Assembly: GCA_900751685.1 (NCBI GenBank)
Contig: CAADSR010000257.1
Location: 1 to 60,645 of the forward strand
Direction: 5' to 3'
DNA: 60,645 nt
Source of the DNA: Clostridia bacterium
Lineage (GTDB): Bacteria; Bacillota; Clostridia; UBA1381
Numbering within the stretch: position 1 is the stretch's first letter; the number at the start of each line of letters is the position of its first letter. The notes beneath the pieces were generated by a model, which searched no databases, was not told where the DNA came from, and was given only the letters and a program-made list of their open reading frames with translations. Positions 56,096-60,645 of this stretch are shown here, piece by piece. Position numbers and translations under genes: made by a program.

Positions 56096-56669
56096 ATATA
56101 GGAGGATCGCAGACGATGGAGCGGTCGCATTGCGGAACCGCTGCTCCAACGATAGGGGAAAATTGTTTGAGGACCTTCTTGTTAGAGGGTGCCGGTTCTA
56201 TGAAATACATAAACAAGCGAAAATAGGAAAAGTGTATGAGCCGTATGTTTGCACCAGAATCCTGAAGGGTGGAAGGTTTGAGGGAAGGTTCATAGGCCGG
56301 GCGGAGCCGGACTTTAAGGGAGTGCTGCGGGGCGGACAAGCAATCGCTTTTGAAGCAAAGTCGACCCAGAAAAGCCGGATTCAGGGCAATGTATTAACAA
56401 ATGAACAGGTTGATTGGCTTACAGGCCAGCAGGAATTAGGCGCCCTGGCGTTTGTTGCAGTGAACATACAAGATAAGTTCTTCAGCCTGCCGCTGGATGT
56501 GTGGATCAATATGAAAAAGCTTTATGGAAAGAAGTATTTAATGCCGGCGGATATTGAAGAGTATGAAGTGGTCTATGACGGAGCGGTCCGTTTTTTAGAA
56601 TTTGTACATGGCGGGCTATTAAATAAACAAATGAAGGGAAGTAAAAATGATGTATCAGAAAATAATTGA
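56073..56669 (+). CDS. RecU-like Holliday junction resolvase
   Basis: PDFKGVLRGGQAIAFEAKST resembles the RecU catalytic core (D...G.....FEAK). 198 aa. Confidence 0.6.
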   Translation: MNRMSVDEYRRIADDGAVALRNRCSNDRGKLFEDLLVRGCRFYEIHKQAKIGKVYEPYVCTRILKGGRFEGRFIGRAEPDFKGVLRGGQAIAFEAKSTQKSRIQGNVLTNEQVDWLTGQQELGALAFVAVNIQDKFFSLPLDVWINMKKLYGKKYLMPADIEEYEVVYDGAVRFLEFVHGGLLNKQMKGSKNDVSENN

Positions 56670-56976
56670 TAGGTTTGAAAAGGAATGCGAAAAGGATCCG
56701 AAAGACTATATGATGCGCATCATATGTGATCATACTGTGGATAAATTAAAGGGAGCCCCGGAGGAGACGATGAAGAATATCCTTGAGCAGAAGTTAACAC
56801 TGGCCGGGGCGATTGAAAAAATGAAAGCCGAAGCAGAGAAACAGAAAAGCGGGAACTATGCAGTTTTAACTGATGAAGAGGGATTTGAGATAGTAGACCA
56901 ATATTTTGGTATTAAAGAGCTAAAGGATGATACAGAAGAAGATGGCCAGGCAGTATCTATCTTTGATTTGATTTAA
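56647..56976 (+). CDS. PcfK-like small acidic protein
   Basis: 109 aa. Its size, charge and position immediately upstream of a PcfJ-like gene fit the PcfK/PcfJ pairing. Sequence-level recognition is weak. Confidence 0.35.
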   Translation: MMYQKIIDRFEKECEKDPKDYMMRIICDHTVDKLKGAPEETMKNILEQKLTLAGAIEKMKAEAEKQKSGNYAVLTDEEGFEIVDQYFGIKELKDDTEEDGQAVSIFDLI

Positions 56977-56989
56977 AAGGAGCGGAATT

Positions 56990-59002
56990 ATGAAAGGAGA
57001 AAAAGAATTGTTGTCTCTTCCGGTCGCACCTGCTCCGGCGGTCATGATAATAGAGCCTCAATATAAAGAAATCCCATATTGGAATGGAACATATAAACAG
57101 GCATACACAACATACGGTTATTCCGCAGAGATCATAAGAGATAATATTCTGGCGGTGACGATATATAATTATTTGCGGCAGGCGGAATACCGTGTGTTTA
57201 TCGGGGATTATGACTATGTGAGTCAAAAATACGATAAAGAAAAAAACATATGGTGCAGGTCCACCGCCAAACTGGAAACGGTCTATTGTATGAATGGTTG
57301 GGGAAACAATGAGTTTGTGACCGATGAAAAGACCGTGCAGGCGGCCAAACAATGGCTGGGATGTTTGGCGGAGGAAACAAATAATCCAATCTATAAAATA
57401 GCAGCCTATCTGAATGATATAGGGAAAACAAAATTAAAAAGAAAGTATGATAAGATCCGCAAAAGCATTGATGATATGATGCTGCAGATCCGTCCCCTTT
57501 CGGCGGATTTTGAAAAATGGATCGAAAATGTGCCGATGAAGGGCAGCCGGTATATATTCTATCATTATTCAGGGCGCAAGGAGCAGGATGGATATTGTAC
57601 GCACTGTAACACAAAGGTAAAGGTAAAAGGCGCAAAGCATGAAGCAGCTGGGATCTGCCCTCACTGCCATAGCAAAATCATCTTCCTGTCCTATGGCAAG
57701 AGAAAAAGAGGGTTCACGGATAGCGCAAGCGCTGTATATATCCAGAAAGGGGATGATGATCTTATTTTCCGGCGGTTTTCGGTTGTGTGGGATTATGAAA
57801 TCAACAGCAGCGGAGCGGTCAACTGCAAAAAACACATCTATGAAACAAACAGAAGCTTTTATCTGCAGAATAAGCACTATGAATGGGGAGAGTTTAAAAA
57901 TACAGGGGAATATAGGTTTTGTGTTGGTGAATCAAGCTGGCCGGAAGAGTATTTCAATGCTTGTTCAGGATATATTTACAGCCGGAATTTGAAGCAGGTT
58001 TTTATAAGCATGAACCCTAACAAAAGCTATCTCAAATACATCCCCTATGGGACGCTATTAAAAAATATAGGCGATGTTCGGGCAAAAGAATTTTATGTTG
58101 CTTGCATGAGCTATCCGCAAATAGAGTACTTTGCAAAATTGAAGCTATATCATCTTGCAAGGCAGCTTATCAACGGTAATTATGATTTGATAAGATTCTG
58201 CCTTGAGAATCAGAAATTAAAAGAGATAGGCATTACAAAGCAGACCTTGCCTGATGTGCAGCGATATGATCTGGGATATGAAGAAATCAAGCTATATCAG
58301 GCTTGCAAAAAGTATGGCACGGGGATATTCGAGGAGCTTTTGCAAAAGCGGCGGAGTGGTAAAAGCAGAGAAGTGCAATGTATTATAAAGCTATTGTCCT
58401 ACTTATCCTATGAAAAGATCATGGAATATGTGGAAGAACAAAAAAAGAGCTTAGAGCATCCCTACGGGTTTGATAATACAACGCGTGTATTGGGAGATTG
58501 GTGTGACTATGTTGATAACTGCATTGCACTGGGATGGGATCTGAACGACACCAAAGTACTCAAGCCAAAGGATCTTGAGCAGCGGCATGACATTGCGGTG
58601 CAGTTAGTTGAAATGAAAGAAAATTCGGAGCAGCGGGAGAAGATCGTGCAAAAGTACTATGAGCATATTTATGACCTGTTCTATGAAAGCGGTGATTATG
58701 CGATTACCCTGCCCAGGAATATTCAGGATTTAAAATATGAGGGTGATATGCTCCACCACTGTGTTTACACCAACTATGCGTCAAGCGTTGCAAAGGGGCA
58801 AAGCATCATACTATTCGTCCGGAAGAAGGATCAGTTCTATAGGCCGCTGGCAACGGCTGAAATCGATCCGGAGACCTACAAGCTGATACAGCTAAGAGGA
58901 GAGAAGAACCATACTGTGTCGAAGGAAATTCAGAAATTTGTTGACGGGTACATTACAAAGATAAAGAAATTACAAGCAAAACAGAAAAGGAGTGCAGCAT
59001 AA
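56990..59002 (+). CDS. PcfJ-like protein
   Basis: 670 aa. The C-terminal LKYEGDMLHHCVYTNYASSVAKGQSIILFVRKK... resembles the conserved PcfJ core (EG..L.HCV..Y...G.S.I...R). Confidence 0.55.
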   Translation: MKGEKELLSLPVAPAPAVMIIEPQYKEIPYWNGTYKQAYTTYGYSAEIIRDNILAVTIYNYLRQAEYRVFIGDYDYVSQKYDKEKNIWCRSTAKLETVYCMNGWGNNEFVTDEKTVQAAKQWLGCLAEETNNPIYKIAAYLNDIGKTKLKRKYDKIRKSIDDMMLQIRPLSADFEKWIENVPMKGSRYIFYHYSGRKEQDGYCTHCNTKVKVKGAKHEAAGICPHCHSKIIFLSYGKRKRGFTDSASAVYIQKGDDDLIFRRFSVVWDYEINSSGAVNCKKHIYETNRSFYLQNKHYEWGEFKNTGEYRFCVGESSWPEEYFNACSGYIYSRNLKQVFISMNPNKSYLKYIPYGTLLKNIGDVRAKEFYVACMSYPQIEYFAKLKLYHLARQLINGNYDLIRFCLENQKLKEIGITKQTLPDVQRYDLGYEEIKLYQACKKYGTGIFEELLQKRRSGKSREVQCIIKLLSYLSYEKIMEYVEEQKKSLEHPYGFDNTTRVLGDWCDYVDNCIALGWDLNDTKVLKPKDLEQRHDIAVQLVEMKENSEQREKIVQKYYEHIYDLFYESGDYAITLPRNIQDLKYEGDMLHHCVYTNYASSVAKGQSIILFVRKKDQFYRPLATAEIDPETYKLIQLRGEKNHTVSKEIQKFVDGYITKIKKLQAKQKRSAA

Positions 59003-60033
59003 TGGGAAAAGAAATCATTGAAGCGGAGTATAGGGAAGTAAAAGAGAATCTGGAGATCCTCCAGGAGATCACAGCGGAGATAAAGTACATCACAGAGCAG
59101 CTCAACAGGACCCTGTTATCCGGCATTATTGAAATCGGGAAACGTTTCGACCGGGCAAAGTCCCTTGTCAAGCATGGGGAGTGGGGGAAATGGTGTGAGC
59201 AATATACGGGGTATAAGCAAAGCATGGCCGAGAATTATATCAAGGTGTATAAGGAATATGGAGCGGAACAATATTCTTTGTTCGGCGATTTGTCAAAATC
59301 CCAATCAATTGGGAATCTGGGAGTCACAAAGCTCCTGGAGCTGACAGCGCTTCCGCCGGATGAGCGGGAGCAATTCGTGGAAGAGAACCGAGTATCAGAG
59401 GATACCACGGTGAAAGAGCTTCAGGAATTGATCAAGCAGCAGAAGGAAAAGCTTCAAACGGCAGAAAAAAGTATCCGGGATAAAGAGCTGGAGTTAAGGA
59501 GCAGCATTGAAAGAAACGATCAAAGCATTCAGGAGAAACAGACCGAGATAGAGCGTTTGACAAAGGAACTGGAGCAAAGGGAGCAGGAGAAGCAGGAGCT
59601 GCCGGAAGATGAAATGTCAAGGATGATGGCAGAGGCAGATGAAAAGGCCCGGCAGGAGTTACATGATGAGATCAGCAGGGCTGTCAAGGAAAAGGAAGCG
59701 GCAGAGGCAGAAGCGGAGAAGCTCAAAAGTAAATATGAAAAGCTCAAAGAAAAGAACGGGAAGGCCCAGCAGGAGGTAGATGAGTTAAAACAAGCGGTCT
59801 CTGGGGTGCGGGAAGAAAAAGAAGAGCTTCAGTCACAGCTAGAGAAAATGAAAAAGGAATCGCTTTTAGGAGCCAACGAAAAGATCGTACAGCTGAACAT
59901 TTGTTTTGAAGATGCGCAGGACCGAATAAATAAGCTAAAGAAATCATTAAAAGCGGTAGAGGATACCCAGCAGTACGACAAGCTCCGGCCGGCCATTATA
60001 GAACAAATGAAAAAGCTTATAGCATCATTGTAA
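59002..60033 (+). CDS. DUF3102-like protein with long C-terminal coiled coil
   Basis: The N-terminal ...IIEIGKRFDRAKSLVKHGEWGKWCEQYTGYKQSMAENYIKVY matches the DUF3102 pattern. The remainder is Glu/Lys coiled coil. Confidence 0.55.
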   Translation: MGKEIIEAEYREVKENLEILQEITAEIKYITEQLNRTLLSGIIEIGKRFDRAKSLVKHGEWGKWCEQYTGYKQSMAENYIKVYKEYGAEQYSLFGDLSKSQSIGNLGVTKLLELTALPPDEREQFVEENRVSEDTTVKELQELIKQQKEKLQTAEKSIRDKELELRSSIERNDQSIQEKQTEIERLTKELEQREQEKQELPEDEMSRMMAEADEKARQELHDEISRAVKEKEAAEAEAEKLKSKYEKLKEKNGKAQQEVDELKQAVSGVREEKEELQSQLEKMKKESLLGANEKIVQLNICFEDAQDRINKLKKSLKAVEDTQQYDKLRPAIIEQMKKLIASL

Positions 60034-60100
60034 GGGAGATCTCTATTAAGGCTGTTAGCAAGAGGAGCGGTTATCATATATCGAAAGAGAGGGGATTTTC

Positions 60101-60301
60101 TTGAAGAATCCATGTTACCAAAACGGGGATTGTATTCAAAGAAGAGTGGGTTGTCATTCATGTTGTAAGGAATATTTATTATTTTTTGAGGAACAAAAGA
60201 AAAAGAAAGAGAAGCAATACAAGGAGAATGAAACCAGGAATACAGTTGAGTCATTGCATCTGAGCCGGAGAAGCCATCGGAAAAAGAAATATTGTGTATA
60301 A
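60101..60301 (+). CDS. Hypothetical Cys-rich small protein
   Basis: TTG start, CYQNGDC...CHSCC, basic tail. Coding status is uncertain. Confidence 0.3.
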   Translation: MKNPCYQNGDCIQRRVGCHSCCKEYLLFFEEQKKKKEKQYKENETRNTVESLHLSRRSHRKKKYCV

Positions 60302-60312
60302 AGGGGGAGAGT

Positions 60313-60645
60313 ATGAAGAAGGACCATATCAGGGATTATGCCACGGAAGCTTTTCGTTTTTATGCTTCAAAAAAGAAGGAGATGTCTATCACAGGCGACC
60401 TTGCTGCGGACCAGGATATATCCGCCGTGATAGCAACAATGAATGAGCTGAAAAGGGAAGAAGATTTTACCACTTTTGCAGTAGTGGAAAAAGTGTACTT
60501 TTCAGATCCGGATAAAAAGCTTAAAAGAGGAGACATTTCAGCGCGGGTGATAAAGGCCACAATGCTAGGAAATATCAGCGAAAGACAGGCTTACGCATCT
60601 CTTGAAAAGGCCCGGAAAATCTTTGCGAAAAAAAGAGGCCTCAGA
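60313..60645 (+). CDS. Putative HTH (sigma region-4-like) regulator, 3' end outside window
   Basis: SD AAGGGGGAG, then ATG at 60313. The frame is open to the window end. ...ISERQAYASLEKARKIFAKKRGL resembles a region 4.2-type HTH. Not in the ORF track because no stop is reached. Confidence 0.35.
   Translation, partial: MKKDHIRDYATEAFRFYASKKKEMSITGDLAADQDISAVIATMNELKREEDFTTFAVVEKVYFSDPDKKLKRGDISARVIKATMLGNISERQAYASLEKARKIFAKKRGLR

Larger units (their letters stand above)
46145..60645. mobile_element. Integrated prophage-like or ICE/IME-like element inserted in cotJC; right end beyond the window
   Basis: It begins where CotJC resemblance ends. Contents: terminal large serine recombinase, ImmA/XRE-Cro switch, HUH Rep, RecU-like, PcfK/PcfJ-like and DUF3102 genes, plus a strongly AT-rich cargo block. 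Confidence 0.8.

Overview
This is a chromosome segment from a spore-forming Firmicute, with Clostridia-type gene order. About 46 kb is ordinary core genome. From left to right it holds the 3' part of spoIVA, a DUF3298-type lipoprotein, galT and a small glycan module (GT2, flippase, pyruvyl transferase). Next comes the complete S10-spc-alpha ribosomal super-operon (rpsJ to rplQ, including secY, adk, map, infA, rpoA and the short rpmD and rpmJ genes absent from the ORF track). It is followed by a NERD-like gene, a PTS-EIIC::EAL fusion, addB/addA, rpmG-secE-nusG-rplKAJL with an L10 leader, and yceD-rpmF. Then come a three-gene ABC-2 exporter, pdxST with divergent pdxR, an isochorismatase-family hydrolase and the spore-coat operon cotJA-cotJB. 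The key observation is at about 46.14 kb. The third cotJ gene (cotJC) stops after about 34 recognisable codons, and a mobile element of more than 14.5 kb begins there and runs past the window end. Its first gene is a large serine recombinase, so the layout resembles the skin/SPbeta type of intervening element in sporulation genes. Between the recombinase and an ImmA/XRE-Cro immunity switch lies a very AT-rich leftward cargo block. It holds a lipoprotein, a DUF4041/T5orf172 coiled-coil protein, a Cys-rich zinc-finger membrane protein and a 6-TM voltage-gated-type K+ channel with a SHOCT tail. A consensus-quality promoter plus terminator for a short antisense RNA is embedded in this block. I consider this block the best candidate for an undescribed defence or superinfection-exclusion system. 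The right part of the element carries AbrB-like, HUH rolling-circle Rep, RecU-like, PcfK-like, PcfJ-like and DUF3102 genes. I found no rRNA, tRNA or CRISPR array. All family names come from reading the translations by eye, and no database search was run.
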